From NCBI GenBank assembly GCA_965226795.1, contig CBDDDZ010000004.1:867854-931853 (forward strand): DNA of 64,000 nucleotides. The letters run 5' to 3'. This DNA comes from Candidatus Latescibacterota bacterium. GTDB lineage: Bacteria > Latescibacterota > UBA2968 > GCA-2709665. Numbering within the stretch: the first letter of the stretch is position 1; the number at the start of each line of letters is the position of its first letter. The translations under genes and the position numbers were made by a program. This document shows positions 42,992-53,966 of the stretch, in pieces. A model generated the notes under the pieces. That model was not told the DNA's origin and did not search any database. It was given only the letters and a program-made list of their open reading frames with translations.

Positions 42992-43225
42992 GACCTCTCC
43001 CCCCGGCCCCCTCTCCTGCGAGGAGAGGGGGAGGAGAACCGGTTACCGATGCGGCCAGGCGATGCCAATTCGCGGATGCCTGGTTTGTGTAGGGGCGACC
43101 GGCCGGTCGCCCCTATAAATGCAACGACGGCGCCAAACGCCAGATCCGGATATCGCGCATTTCAGTTACTTGTAGGGGCCTGCCTACTGACGCAGACGAG
43201 GCAGGCGGTTCGTGAACCGCCCGCC
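42992..43225. repeat. Cluster of REP-like palindromes, including GTAG-type REP 43089-43115
   Basis: CCCCCTCTCCT-GCG-AGGAGAGGGGG; GTAGGGGCGACCGGCCGGTCGCCCCTA; GGCGGTTCGTGAACCGCC (the last also at ~56798). Confidence 0.7.
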
Positions 43226-43504
43226 TTTCTCGGCAATCCTTTTGGGACAGCCTCGGGATCCGTCGCGGGTCCACATTGTATCGGAATGTCCGTGTATGTC
43301 TGTCCAGGTGCGAGGTGACGGACAACCGGCAATATTTCAGGAGTCTCGAAACGGACAATACTAATGGTTTATTGCCTCATTGATGACAAAATAATTAAAG
43401 TTATTTCACTTAATATCTGTTAATTAGTTGTATGCAATTCGTTGCATTTCCCGTATCGCAGATACACAGCCGCACATAGTGCACCGACGGGAAGGAGACT
43501 CACT

Positions 43505-44500
43505 ATGAAAGTCGACTCTGATCGCCTTCGTACACTGCGCCAACGGAAGAAACTATCACGGCCCGATCTTGAACGGGTTTCCGGAATTACTGTGCGCACG
43601 ATCCAGCGCCTGGAAAATGAACCGGATAAGTGTCGGAAAACCCGTGAAGACACTGTGAACGAACTGGCGAAAGCGCTAGATGTCGAACCGGGTGTGCTCA
43701 CGGGTGAACTGCCCCTTCCCGAGCCCGATGAGGCGCCCGCTTCCGAACCCGACCCCGTCCGGATCGGCGCTCAGATCGCCCCTAAGGTCCGGCTCGCGTA
43801 TGATCTCATCAAACGCCGCTACGGTGTCAACGCAACCGATGTCATCACCATGGCGCCGCTGTTTTTCGCGCTGCTAGCGGAGGGAAGCCTTACATGGCGA
43901 CGAGAGAAATCGCAGTTAGCGGATGATGGATTCGACCTCTTATTGAAGTCAGGAATCGCCCATGATGTCCTGGATGAACCCTTTCGGAATGAAGACGAGT
44001 CTATCGACAAGGCCGATATCTTCGGCGAGCATCTGTTTAATAATGAATTTGGTCCCGAACCCTTCGATCCCTCCATAGAGAACCCATTCGCCAACTACCT
44101 GTGTAAGTTATCTGATGACCTTGAAATCCACCCTGGCGTTGTAAACGTGGACAAAGGCGGTCTGAGTTTCGGCTCACCGGCGGAGTTCCCGGACTACAAT
44201 ATTTGGAACGACGAGATCGAACGCATTACTAATGGTTCTGCCGCTGCAAAAAGAGCTCTTGAGACGGGATTTACACGGCTTCTGGACATTCCCGAGGAAC
44301 TGATGGCCGAAGACAAGGATGCTGAACGCCAGCAATGGCTTGAAAACCGCCTCGCGCCCATCTACAAAGGTCCTAAAATGGATGTCCTCGCGCGAATGAC
44401 GGCCTTGTCGCCAACTGGTGACGAACTGCGGGATGTTTTAAAGGACGTGCAGCCACAAACGAAAACCCCCGAAACAGAAGAGGAAGGTAACAACCAATGA
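43505..44500 (+). CDS. XRE-family HTH protein with long acidic C-terminal domain
   Basis: LRTLRQRKKLSRPDL...GITVRTIQRLE...LAKALDVEP, RBS GGAG. Confidence 0.85.
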   Translation: MKVDSDRLRTLRQRKKLSRPDLERVSGITVRTIQRLENEPDKCRKTREDTVNELAKALDVEPGVLTGELPLPEPDEAPASEPDPVRIGAQIAPKVRLAYDLIKRRYGVNATDVITMAPLFFALLAEGSLTWRREKSQLADDGFDLLLKSGIAHDVLDEPFRNEDESIDKADIFGEHLFNNEFGPEPFDPSIENPFANYLCKLSDDLEIHPGVVNVDKGGLSFGSPAEFPDYNIWNDEIERITNGSAAAKRALETGFTRLLDIPEELMAEDKDAERQQWLENRLAPIYKGPKMDVLARMTALSPTGDELRDVLKDVQPQTKTPETEEEGNNQ

Positions 44501-44797
44501 GCGATATGATCTACACACGCCACGCCGAGATCCGTACGCAGCAGCGGGCGATGCGGAAAGAGGACATCCGGCTGATTCAGGAATTCGGGACACCCGTGGA
44601 CGCGGAACACCTGGTTGATGCGAAGCCGGGACGTTGCTCGAGAGATCGAAAACCGCAAGCGGGAAATCCAGTTTTTGAGCCGGCTCAGGAATCGCAAGGT
44701 CGTCATTTGCGGAGAGCGCGTCATCACGGCGTATCCCTCACGGCCCGCAGACCAGAAACGCGCGCTGCGCCGGGGAAGGCAGAAGGGGTACCTGTAA
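44497..44797 (+). CDS. DUF4258-like small protein, frameshift near 44610
   Basis: YTRHAEIR.QQR N-terminus, with VITAY C-terminus in a second frame. ATGA-coupled to the HTH gene. Confidence 0.6.
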
Positions 44798-45043
44798 CTT
44801 TAATCCGTCAAAAAAACAGTAGCACAATTACCTCGCCATCACTCCCCCCTTGAGGGGGAGTCGGCAAGATGCGGGCGTCCCCCGCCTGCCTGCCGCGCCA
44901 ACGCGGCGCAGGCAGGCACATGCCCTTTGAACCTGGGTGCGCGGGCATCCTGCCCGCATCGGACGTCGGAAGAGGCGTTGCTCTTAGTATTGCAAATGCC
45001 GCACCTGATGGTGGCGTTGGACAGCTTTGGCAGGAGGCGTATA

Positions 45044-45850
45044 ATGGTACAGAAAGATAAGACGATACATGATGAAATACATGAAATCATAAACATGCAA
45101 GAATCGGATAGCCCGGATGATCATTGGCTAAGTACAAACGAATCGATCGAGACGGTTTCGGACTTCGAGATGTTTGCAGAACAGTTAAATCGAGTCACCG
45201 ATGACCCTCGCCGGTGGAAATGGGCTGTCATTGCACTGCATAGTGGCCTGCAGGGCATGATGGTACTGGCACTAAAGGGAAGCGACTACATGAATGTTAT
45301 CCGCCAAGACGATAAAAAACGGTGCACTGAGAGCCTGTCGGAGAACCCCGACTTTTGCGGACGATCATACAATATATTGAAAATACATCTTCCGAGAACG
45401 CTATATATTGTATGGAAAGGGATGCTCACATGGGTATTCCGACAGGCACCTAAAGTCAGTGATGACGAACGAAGGGGCAAATCGCCCCGGAACAATCTGA
45501 AGCTAATTGGCTTCACGGACCTGTACGCATGGATCAAGGGAAACAAGATGCTCATGTACACGGATAGCCAGAAGTTCGTCCCCAGGGGAACGCAAGGCAG
45601 ATCCATCAAGATGTTGAACCGACTGAGAAATGACTTCGTCCACTTTAAACCCAAACACTGGCTACTTGAACTCGAAGGACTTCCCACGATAGCATCAGAT
45701 TGCCTTGAAATAGCCGAATTTCTGGCCTGGGAATCGGGCAATGTGATGTGGCACAGAGATGACTTTATCGAAAGGCTGAAGACTGGCTTCAAATCCGCCA
45801 ATGAATCCATCTGCGCGATGCGGCAGAAGGAGTCCTGCAATAAACGATGA
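45044..45850 (+). CDS. HEPN-like hypothetical protein
   Basis: RBS AGGAGG; RNDFVH (Rx4H) motif; helical. Confidence 0.6.
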   Translation: MVQKDKTIHDEIHEIINMQESDSPDDHWLSTNESIETVSDFEMFAEQLNRVTDDPRRWKWAVIALHSGLQGMMVLALKGSDYMNVIRQDDKKRCTESLSENPDFCGRSYNILKIHLPRTLYIVWKGMLTWVFRQAPKVSDDERRGKSPRNNLKLIGFTDLYAWIKGNKMLMYTDSQKFVPRGTQGRSIKMLNRLRNDFVHFKPKHWLLELEGLPTIASDCLEIAEFLAWESGNVMWHRDDFIERLKTGFKSANESICAMRQKESCNKR

Positions 45851-45928
45851 ATTTTCGGAGTAGATTTCCGTTGATCACTGCCGTTTACCGAACATACAAT
45901 TACGAGAAACCGTATCGGGAGGATACCA

Positions 45929-46747
45929 ATGTCAATATCTCGGGAGGATAAGAAACGGCTATACGCTGCCCTTCGATCCGAACTGAATAATCTATCGGTC
46001 CAAAACATCAGAAATACAGTCGCCGCTGCCGGGTTCGACGTTTCTCAGATTACTGCCAAAGCCGAAGCTCGTAGTGGCCTCGGTAGCCGAGCTGAGGTAA
46101 TGCCAGCAGTGGACCGGCTATTCGGACTGATGAGCGAATCCACACAAGAAACGGCATTATGTATTCTGGCGGAGCGCCTTACAGGACGAAGTGCTGAATT
46201 GGATGCCAGCACCCACGATATACTTGGCCGTCACGGTTTTCAGTTTATAGATGGTACCTTTGTTCCCGTGCAGGAACTCGATGCACGGGAAGCCCGGTTC
46301 TTGCCACCAACTGCTGCGACCGAACTCGGCCGGGCGATGTCAAGGCTCATTGATGGTGACTACAGTGGGGCCATCACTTCGGCCTGTGGTGCGGTGGACC
46401 TGGTGACTCAAGCCATTTATGAAAACCACGGCTTTGGAAATCCGGGAAACACTTCATTTCAGGCAAAGGTAAATACAGCCTTTAAACGGCTGGACATATT
46501 TGAAGAAATGAGCAATGAGTTCGTCAGCATCGGGATGGATCCTGAAAAGGCTTCAGCGGTAGTCGAACAAATGAGGAAAGCAAGCAACCACGCAGCACAC
46601 GCACTCCAGATACTCCGCCACGCGATGGGAGATGCGCACGGTTCAAAGCCAGCTCTGCGCCAGACTGCCTATGACGCGGTCAAATGGTCGTCAGCGATCT
46701 GTGGACTTTTCCAACGTGCAGCAGTGTCAAACCCAGATTCGGTATAA
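45929..46747 (+). CDS. Abortive infection Abi_C-like domain protein
   Basis: GDY.GAIT.A and LR..MGDAHG motifs. Confidence 0.7.
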   Translation: MSISREDKKRLYAALRSELNNLSVQNIRNTVAAAGFDVSQITAKAEARSGLGSRAEVMPAVDRLFGLMSESTQETALCILAERLTGRSAELDASTHDILGRHGFQFIDGTFVPVQELDAREARFLPPTAATELGRAMSRLIDGDYSGAITSACGAVDLVTQAIYENHGFGNPGNTSFQAKVNTAFKRLDIFEEMSNEFVSIGMDPEKASAVVEQMRKASNHAAHALQILRHAMGDAHGSKPALRQTAYDAVKWSSAICGLFQRAAVSNPDSV

Positions 46748-47109
46748 GGCCTCCAGACTTCGCCAGTACCAAGAGCCAGTTTGACGTCGGTCTGAACACG
46801 ACCTGCGCCACTCGGTCTGTGAATAGGCATTAGCCGGTGGGGAATATTTCATGGAGGCGTCTCGAACGTTGGTTATCAATTTCGCACCCTATACCCCAGA
46901 TTAAGAAAATACCGCCTCTTCGTGCAGGCACAACAACCGGCTCGCCTTGCCAATCTTAGGTTTGGAACGAATATCCTACATAGAAAAAAATGCAATCCAA
47001 CCGAAATTCGCCTCACATTGATCTTGACTTTGCGGTTGACTTCGTACTACCAATAACTTTTGTGGCGACAACACGTCCCGTCTTTCAAACCCACAGGGGG
47101 CATAGACCG

Positions 47110-47414
47110 ATGCGAAAGATATGTTTTCTGATGTGTCTAAGCGCGTTTATGTGTTATTGCTTCACATCTGGCAGCCACGCCTCCCCGGCGTCGGCCGATA
47201 GCGTCCATTTTTGTCTGCCACTCGACGTTGAAGAGATGCGGGCACGCGACAGCATCTATGCCGCGAGCAAACAGGCGTTGAATTTGAATGTTGGACCCCC
47301 GAATATCGCACCGTACGGATGATCTATTTCCTGCCCAACGACCGCCCGTTCCGCGCGAGCGTTGTGGACTCTATGAAGAGGACCATTCGCCAGATTCAGA
47401 CTTTCTATGGCTAG
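47110..47414 (+). pseudogene. 5' fragment of a secreted protein, cut at the IS1380 insertion
   Basis: Signal peptide-like MRKICFLMCL...ASPA. Continues via a frameshift (MIYFLPNDRPF...QTFY) to the IS end. Confidence 0.5.
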
Positions 47415-47415
47415 A

Positions 47416-49297
47416 CCTAAAATAAGCGAGTTTCGTTTGCGGCACATCGATCTGTGTTTGTGGTGAGGCGTTGGTGTCGATTTATATGGAATTGGCGTTT
47501 TGGATGGTTTTTAGGGCGGTGTTTGTCGTGGTCGCTATCGTGAATTGAGTATCCGAAGTGTCGGTCAGGCGCGTGGTGGACACACCGGTCCGTTGAGGGG
47601 TGTGGGGATGGCGCGGCGTGTGTGTGTCATCGGTCGTGCTGCATGGGTGTTATCCAAATCCGGTGCGTTCAATGATACGCCAGGTGCTGAAGAGGCGATC
47701 GAGGGTGGGTTGATAGCCGATGAGGCGCAACGTGGTGGTGTGCGCGCGTTGGATGACGTGGCAGGGAATCAAGATGATGCTGTGGATGAAGCGCCGGAAT
47801 TCCATGCGGACGTACTGCTGTCGGTCCAGGTGTCGGTGCATCATCATGGCAAACCAGGATTTGAGGTTCCAGGCCAGGGCGGCGATGACCATGTAGGCCC
47901 AGTTGCTGACCAGGTCATACAGGGGCACGCGCAAGGCGTTGACGCCGTTTTTGAGTTGCTCGATGACGTTCTCCTGATCGCAGCGTTGGTTGGCGCAGGC
48001 GACGATCTCGGCGGGGCTTACGTCCGTGCGTGTCGTGATATAGAAGAAATAACGGCATTCGTCGAACAGGACAAGGTCGCCCTTCATTTTACTGATGTTC
48101 TTGCGCAGGACCACGACGCGATACACACGTTTACAGCGCGTGGGTTGGTAGTTGAACTCGGCCACGTGTTCGTGGTTGAGGACCAGGTTGGCGTAGGCCC
48201 GTTTGCGGACGATGCGCTGTTTCTCGTGGGGCTGATTGCGCTTCCGCTTCTGGTCGGTCACGGTGTGATAACGGGGTTTGCGTTGCAGGGGCTGCCATTG
48301 TGCCTCGTCGAGGGCCTCAGCACGGGAACGCATCGTCGCGTTGGCGTCCATCCCGAAGATGAAGTCGACGCTTTTGGCCCATCGATCAAAATGTCGGGTC
48401 AAGGAAAAGTCGGTGTCGCCACGTACACAGAGGCGCTTGGCGTGGGGCTGCACCAGCGCCAAGGCCGCGTCGATCCAGGGTGCCGCACCGGTGTGGCTGG
48501 GCACATTCCCCGGTCGGTTGACCAGGAAGAGCACTTCCTTCGTGTTGGCCAGTGAGATCACCAGCGGATGGTAGCCCCAGATGCCCTGGTAAGAGATGTC
48601 CATACCCCTCTTGCGCTTTCCATACGTCGGCACGTTTGTGCCGTCCACGTCGATATAGGTGATGTCACAAAGCAATTTGCGCCCACGCGATGCCCACAAG
48701 GAGGATCGCACCGCGTTGATGCACGCCATCAGTTCGACGATGTCCCGTTCCGAGAAGCGTCGGCAAAAGTCACCCGCCGTGGTCGGATCGGGAATCAACT
48801 GAGCACCCAGGGCATTCATGTAGGCCCCGTCATGTCGCAAACGCTCGATATCCTCCAGACGCGTGCCGCCGCACAACACGTTGTAAGCGATGTTGAGCAC
48901 GTGGTCCGACTCATGATAGGGCAGATGCACCTTCAACAGGGACAGCGACGCGTCGATGCGCTTGGGCAGTCCCAGCTTGGTGACCAGGCGATGCACGGCG
49001 CCGATGCCTCCGTAACTCATCGCGTCGGTGTAGGCGCCCACCTCGTAGTGCACTTTGCCAGGACTGAACATGGGCCGGGGCTGCGCCTGCCAATGCCCCG
49101 CTCGACCGTGGCGGGCGGCCACTTTGCGTTTGCGACGAGCACGGTTCCTGCGGCTGTCATCAACCGATATTCTTTTCACCGGAAAGGTCTCCTGCGTTGG
49201 AGTGATGATTTCTAGCGCAATCCATCTATCTCCAACAACGGTAGGCCTTTCCGGTCTCTTGGACCAGAAAAATCTCACCGGTCACGCTTATTTAAGG
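47416..49297 (-). mobile_element. IS1380-family insertion sequence
   Basis: Terminal IRs CCTAAAATAAGCG / CGCTTATTTAAGG. CTAG(A) occurs on both flanks. Confidence 0.9.
47650..49179 (-). CDS. IS1380-family DDE transposase
   Basis: IDVDGT, GYHPL, RPGN, VRGD, R...EN.IEQLK. Confidence 0.92.
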   Translation of the reverse strand: MKRISVDDSRRNRARRKRKVAARHGRAGHWQAQPRPMFSPGKVHYEVGAYTDAMSYGGIGAVHRLVTKLGLPKRIDASLSLLKVHLPYHESDHVLNIAYNVLCGGTRLEDIERLRHDGAYMNALGAQLIPDPTTAGDFCRRFSERDIVELMACINAVRSSLWASRGRKLLCDITYIDVDGTNVPTYGKRKRGMDISYQGIWGYHPLVISLANTKEVLFLVNRPGNVPSHTGAAPWIDAALALVQPHAKRLCVRGDTDFSLTRHFDRWAKSVDFIFGMDANATMRSRAEALDEAQWQPLQRKPRYHTVTDQKRKRNQPHEKQRIVRKRAYANLVLNHEHVAEFNYQPTRCKRVYRVVVLRKNISKMKGDLVLFDECRYFFYITTRTDVSPAEIVACANQRCDQENVIEQLKNGVNALRVPLYDLVSNWAYMVIAALAWNLKSWFAMMMHRHLDRQQYVRMEFRRFIHSIILIPCHVIQRAHTTTLRLIGYQPTLDRLFSTWRIIERTGFG

Positions 49298-49319
49298 ACT
49301 AGACTACCTGAATTGGAGC

Positions 49320-50204
49320 GTGATTGTGACTGAACCATTGGGATTCTCGGTTAGAATCTTTGTGCCGTCCGGCGAGCCGGACGGCTTGCGTGTCGTCGAG
49401 AAATCGAATTGGACTGGGCAGGGTGTCGTTTTTTCCCGGTCGCTTTTTAGCACGGTTCGCGACAAGGAAGTACTCAATCACACTGGCGTGTACGTTCTCT
49501 GGGAACCCGGCGAATTGGGGCAACTACCACTGGCTTACGTGGGTGAGGCGGATGTGTTGTCACGAAGACTGGAGCACCACGCCAAGAACAAGGATTTCTG
49601 GACACACGTAATTGCGTTCCTGAGCAAGGACCACAGCTTGAATAAAGCGCACGCGAAGTACCTCGAAGCGCGGCTGGTGGACCTCGCAGACCAGGCAAAA
49701 CGCTGCGAACTGACGAATGCCAACGTCCCGAGAACGCCATCGCTGTCGCCCGAGGATAAAGTGGACGCAGAGCTATATTTGGCCGACATGTTACTATGTC
49801 TTCCTGTTGTGGGCGTAAACTTCTTTGATAAGCCGCGACGCGAGGCAGGAACGAGTCGAGACCTATTGCTGAACGCGAAGGGTATACTGGCAGGCGGTTA
49901 CGAAGCGGCAGGCGGTTTCGTCGTACGTGCTGATTCGCAAGCAGTCAAGGAACAGGTTGCTTCAATCTCTTCGTCCATATCAGACCTGCGAAACATACTC
50001 TATCAGAAGAAGATTTTCGAAGATACAGGCACCAAGTACAGGGTCGTTCAAGACTACCCATTCAGTTCACCATCGAAGGCGGCCAGCGTCCTCTTGGGAG
50101 CCCCGATGAATGGCCTCACAGCATGGAAGGACGGCGATGGAGGAACGTTAAAAGAGATTCGGGACGTAGAAGTAGATAGTGCGGGTGATTCGGTCGCCGG
50201 GTAA
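49320..50204 (+). CDS. GIY-YIG nuclease with C-terminal DUF4357
   Basis: GVYVL...AYVGE...RL..H...KDFW; QDY.FSSPS.AA..LLG..NG...WK. Confidence 0.88.
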   Translation: MIVTEPLGFSVRIFVPSGEPDGLRVVEKSNWTGQGVVFSRSLFSTVRDKEVLNHTGVYVLWEPGELGQLPLAYVGEADVLSRRLEHHAKNKDFWTHVIAFLSKDHSLNKAHAKYLEARLVDLADQAKRCELTNANVPRTPSLSPEDKVDAELYLADMLLCLPVVGVNFFDKPRREAGTSRDLLLNAKGILAGGYEAAGGFVVRADSQAVKEQVASISSSISDLRNILYQKKIFEDTGTKYRVVQDYPFSSPSKAASVLLGAPMNGLTAWKDGDGGTLKEIRDVEVDSAGDSVAG

Positions 50205-50296
50205 GCCGGTTTTCGTTCATTGACATAGACTGCTTTTGTATGTCGGAGGCTTTGTGCAGTAAATTAGCAGAAATCCAACCAACAATCGGGATCTGA

Positions 50297-50746
50297 ATGG
50301 CAGACGCCGACCTCACTCAAGCAGAAGCAGACGCTTTGATTGCTATCGAAAAGCATCGAGCAAATGATGATCAGGCTAACTTCCCTATGGGGGGCGAGTC
50401 AGTTGCCGTCCCACTTCAGGCGGTCGACAGGCGAGAGCAGTTTCTGCTCGACTTGAGTCGTGCGAGTATCAATCTCTCAAAAGTCAAAATGCAGACTCGC
50501 GGCCAGCAAGTCGTCGTACTGGTTCGTCTGGATTTGGGTGGTGCGCCACATCGAAATCCGGATGGCGAGGAAATACCCGTACCGCACCTCCACATTTACC
50601 GAGAAGGCTTCGGCGACAAGTGGGCCGTAGGTGTCCCGTCGGACGGATTCCGTGCAGTCGGCGATGTCTGGACGATGTTCGAAGAATTCCTGCAGTTCTG
50701 CAACGTCACGCGACGGCCAAATGTCGTCCAGGGTCTATTCACATGA
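50297..50746 (+). CDS. DUF6978-like hypothetical protein
   Basis: LTQ.EAD.L, LVRLD..G.PH.NPDG, PHLH.Y.EG..DKWA. Confidence 0.7.
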   Translation: MADADLTQAEADALIAIEKHRANDDQANFPMGGESVAVPLQAVDRREQFLLDLSRASINLSKVKMQTRGQQVVVLVRLDLGGAPHRNPDGEEIPVPHLHIYREGFGDKWAVGVPSDGFRAVGDVWTMFEEFLQFCNVTRRPNVVQGLFT

Positions 50747-51507
50747 TTAGAGAAATTCAGATTCTCATCGATGATTATTTTGCCTGGCTCAAGGACAAGA
50801 CAGTCCTGCACCAGATCGACCAGTGGGTCGAGATCACGACGCCATATCTGGATCGGCACAACGATTATTTGCAGATTTATGCAAAGGAATCCAACGGTGG
50901 ATTCGTGTTAACGGATGACGGATATACCATTGAGGATCTTTCCCAAAGTGGTTGCAATCTCGAGAGTCCCAAACGTCAAGATCTGCTGCAAATGACACTC
51001 AATGGTTTCGGCGTCCAAAAGGACGGACGTGAGTTACAGGTCCTTGCATCAGCCGACAACTTTGCGGTACGCAAACACAATCTCTTGCAGGCGATGCTCC
51101 CCGTCAACGATATGTTTTACATGGCGGCACCCACGGTGGCGAACATTTTTTATGAAGATGTTGAGGCCTGGCTTGATCTACACGATATTCGCCATACGCC
51201 AAAGGTGAAGTTTACAGGTCAAACCGGGTATGACCATCTCTTTGATTTTGTGATTCCGAAGTCCCGGAAGCAGTCGGAGCGGCTCATACAAACAGTCAAC
51301 CGTCCGAGTCGTTCAACCGCTCAGAATGTTGTACTCGCGTGGATCGACACAAAGGAGGTCCGCACGCCGGGGTCGCGTGTGTACGCATTGCTGAATGATT
51401 CGGAACGAAAGGTAGATCAGACCGTGATGGCCGCGCTACGGAGCTACGACGTCAGACCGGTAGTGTGGAGCCAGAGGGAAGATGCGAGAGTAGAACTGGC
51501 GGCATGA
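50743..51507 (+). CDS. DUF1828/DUF1829 domain protein
   Basis: [29 protein letters not shown]-coupled to the previous gene. Confidence 0.82.
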   Translation: MIREIQILIDDYFAWLKDKTVLHQIDQWVEITTPYLDRHNDYLQIYAKESNGGFVLTDDGYTIEDLSQSGCNLESPKRQDLLQMTLNGFGVQKDGRELQVLASADNFAVRKHNLLQAMLPVNDMFYMAAPTVANIFYEDVEAWLDLHDIRHTPKVKFTGQTGYDHLFDFVIPKSRKQSERLIQTVNRPSRSTAQNVVLAWIDTKEVRTPGSRVYALLNDSERKVDQTVMAALRSYDVRPVVWSQREDARVELAA

Positions 51508-51670
51508 GGTTCGGATTTCCCGGGCGATATGCCATTTGCTCCGCCGATGAAGCAGCCCGAGCGCGCAGATTCATCACGGAGATGTAAGGGGAATAGCGGA
51601 TCCAATCGCGAGCCGAGGAAGGCCAATGGTCTGTCGCTGCTGGCGGTCCGATTCAACAGGAGAACGTCCG

Positions 51671-51979
51671 ATGATACCTAATGTCAAAGAGCGGGTCGTC
51701 GAACTGCAGCGGCTCTGCGTCCGTTACCGTGTCCTTCGGCTTGACTTATTTGGCTCGGCTGCCACGGACGACGACCGTAGGGGCGAAAGCGACCTCGACT
51801 TCCTGGTTGAATTCCAAACGTTGCCCTCCGGAGAGTATGCCGACGCCTTCTTCGGGTTGCTGGAAGCCCTCAAACGTCTCTTTGGACACCGTGTGGATCT
51901 CGTTGTCGACTCGGCCATCAAAACCCCTTTCTTCCGACAAAGCGTCGACGAGACCAGGACACCGCTCTATGCGGCTTGA
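51671..51979 (+). CDS. Minimal nucleotidyltransferase (MNT antitoxin)
   Basis: LFGSA, SDLDFLV, VDLV. Confidence 0.9.
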   Translation: MIPNVKERVVELQRLCVRYRVLRLDLFGSAATDDDRRGESDLDFLVEFQTLPSGEYADAFFGLLEALKRLFGHRVDLVVDSAIKTPFFRQSVDETRTPLYAA

Positions 51980-52376
51980 AGCACTCAAATATCTGTACGA
52001 CATCCGGAAGGCTGCGGGCTTACTGAATGAATTCGTCCGTGACAAGACGTTTGCGGACGATCAGAGCGACGCGATGCTGCGAGCGGCAGTAGAGCGTGAG
52101 TTTGAGATCATTGGCGAGGCTATGACTAAACTCGCAAGAGTTGACGAAGCCGCGATTTCCCGAATCAGCGAGTTTAAACGCATCATCGCGTTTCGCAATG
52201 TCCTGATCCACGAATACGCCGACGAAACTGTTCAACTTTGCCGTCTGAACGCCGAGATGAACGTTGAAATGCGTTTCCATTCGCGAGCTGTTGAACGCTG
52301 TAGAGAGAAGAAAGTTGATTTGACGGCCACTTTTAAGGAAAAATGTCCGTCAAAGTGCTTTGTCGGCCATAGATGA
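51969..52376 (+). pseudogene. DUF86/HepT-like HEPN toxin with C-terminus replaced
   Basis: AVER.FEIIGEA and FRNVLIHEY, then unrelated sequence where the expected final helix should be. Confidence 0.78.
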
Positions 52377-52532
52377 CCTACAACGACCGTCGATTCTGTG
52401 AGATACTTAAGCGGGGCAATGTAGAAAGTACACGGAATCCCCGAGGCGATTAAAGCAAACCCCCCAACGGCTGGCGTTTGGAGGATGACCCAGCCGGATT
52501 CGATGCCTCCAGAGACAGAGGAGGATTGGACC

Positions 52533-52775
52533 ATGAATTGGCAAGATCGAATCGTCGCTGATGCGGACGTGCTGGCCGGCAAGCCGGTGGTACGTGGAAC
52601 CCGGCAGGCGGTAGAGTTCATCATCGACCTGTTGGCACAGGGATGGAGCGAAGCCGATATCCTCGCGAACTATCCTGGCTTGAGCACTCAGGACATCAGG
52701 GCCTGTCTGCACTACGCAAGCGATGTGGTGCGTTTGGTTGAATTAGATCCGAATACCGACGAAAAACGTTTTTGA
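52533..52775 (+). CDS. DUF433 domain protein (orphan antitoxin-like)
   Basis: GKPVVRGTR..VE.I...LA.G.S...IL..YP.L..DI.A.L.YA. Confidence 0.9.
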   Translation: MNWQDRIVADADVLAGKPVVRGTRQAVEFIIDLLAQGWSEADILANYPGLSTQDIRACLHYASDVVRLVELDPNTDEKRF

Positions 52776-52826
52776 CGTCGAGAATTTGCATTCGCTCATG
52801 GAACAGGCACAACAAGGGAGAATCCA

Positions 52827-53966
52827 ATGAGGGTCAGCATTCGGGACAAGGGGCCCTTGAGGGAGATTTCGCCTGCCGCCCTGTCGGCCTATGCACGTGC
52901 AGCGGGCTGGACACGGACGGACAGCTACGGCGACTCTTCAGACGTTTATGTATCGGACGGATTGCCGGAGATCATCGTGCCGCGCACCCAACAATTGGGC
53001 GATTACGCTAACGTGGTATCACAACTCATCGATATCTTCGCCGACGTGGCAGATACCGACGAACTTTCACTCTACCGAGACCTGGTTACGGCCGACCGTG
53101 ACGTCATTCGCGTGCGTGCAGCCGAAGCCGGCGATGGCGCCGTATCCGCAAATGATAGGATTAATCTTGTAGGCAGCGCACGTGATATGGTCCTGGCAGC
53201 CGCCTGTTCGCTGCATGATCCGCGGTCGGTCTATAGCGCTGCCGCTGGCAAGGAGGCTATGAACTTTGTCCGCAAGTTACGAATGGGGCAATCCGAGCAA
53301 GAAAGCCTTGTTGTAACCCTGCTGACCCCTGTCGTGTCGCCACCCATACAACAGTCCTTCATTCAGGATTCGGAGCATAACGAAGACCCGATTGAGCGCA
53401 AGATGACAAGGCGTCTGGTTTCCGCGCTGCGAGCCGCCCGTAATGCAACGGAACAAACAATGGGAGGAAAAGTCGACGCTTTCTTGCAGGCCGTGGACAA
53501 CGGTGTAAGCGCCAATCTGTGCGAAGCGCTCGTGAAGTTGATCGAGCCCTTCGAAGCACTGGACGTCAGTTTGACCTGGGCCCGCACCCGACCGATGAAT
53601 ACGCCGCGGGAGGTCGTTCATTTTGGCAAGGGTGATGCCCCGATCCTCCGCGCGGCCGCGCGGCTGTTCCGTGATCGCGGACCCAAACCGGATGTGCTAC
53701 TATTCGGCTATATACAAAGGCTCAAGGGGCGCCATGAGGAGACGTACGGAACAATCACTTTGCGAGTATACGTTGACGGGCAAATTCAGTCAGTTGTAGC
53801 CGCCCTTACTCAGTCCGATTACGAGAGAGCCATTGAAGCTCATCAACAAAAGGCACCGGTCATTATGGCCGGCGACCTTGACCGCATTGGTCAACGGCGG
53901 CGCTTGTTGAATCCGCGCGTTGTTGCCGTCATTCCGCAAGAGGATATGCAGGAAGAGGGAGAATGA
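52827..53966 (+). CDS. Conserved hypothetical protein translationally coupled to a SIR2 gene
   Basis: 379-aa ORF with RBS GGAG and ATGA overlap with the next gene. Confidence 0.75.
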   Translation: MRVSIRDKGPLREISPAALSAYARAAGWTRTDSYGDSSDVYVSDGLPEIIVPRTQQLGDYANVVSQLIDIFADVADTDELSLYRDLVTADRDVIRVRAAEAGDGAVSANDRINLVGSARDMVLAAACSLHDPRSVYSAAAGKEAMNFVRKLRMGQSEQESLVVTLLTPVVSPPIQQSFIQDSEHNEDPIERKMTRRLVSALRAARNATEQTMGGKVDAFLQAVDNGVSANLCEALVKLIEPFEALDVSLTWARTRPMNTPREVVHFGKGDAPILRAAARLFRDRGPKPDVLLFGYIQRLKGRHEETYGTITLRVYVDGQIQSVVAALTQSDYERAIEAHQQKAPVIMAGDLDRIGQRRRLLNPRVVAVIPQEDMQEEGE

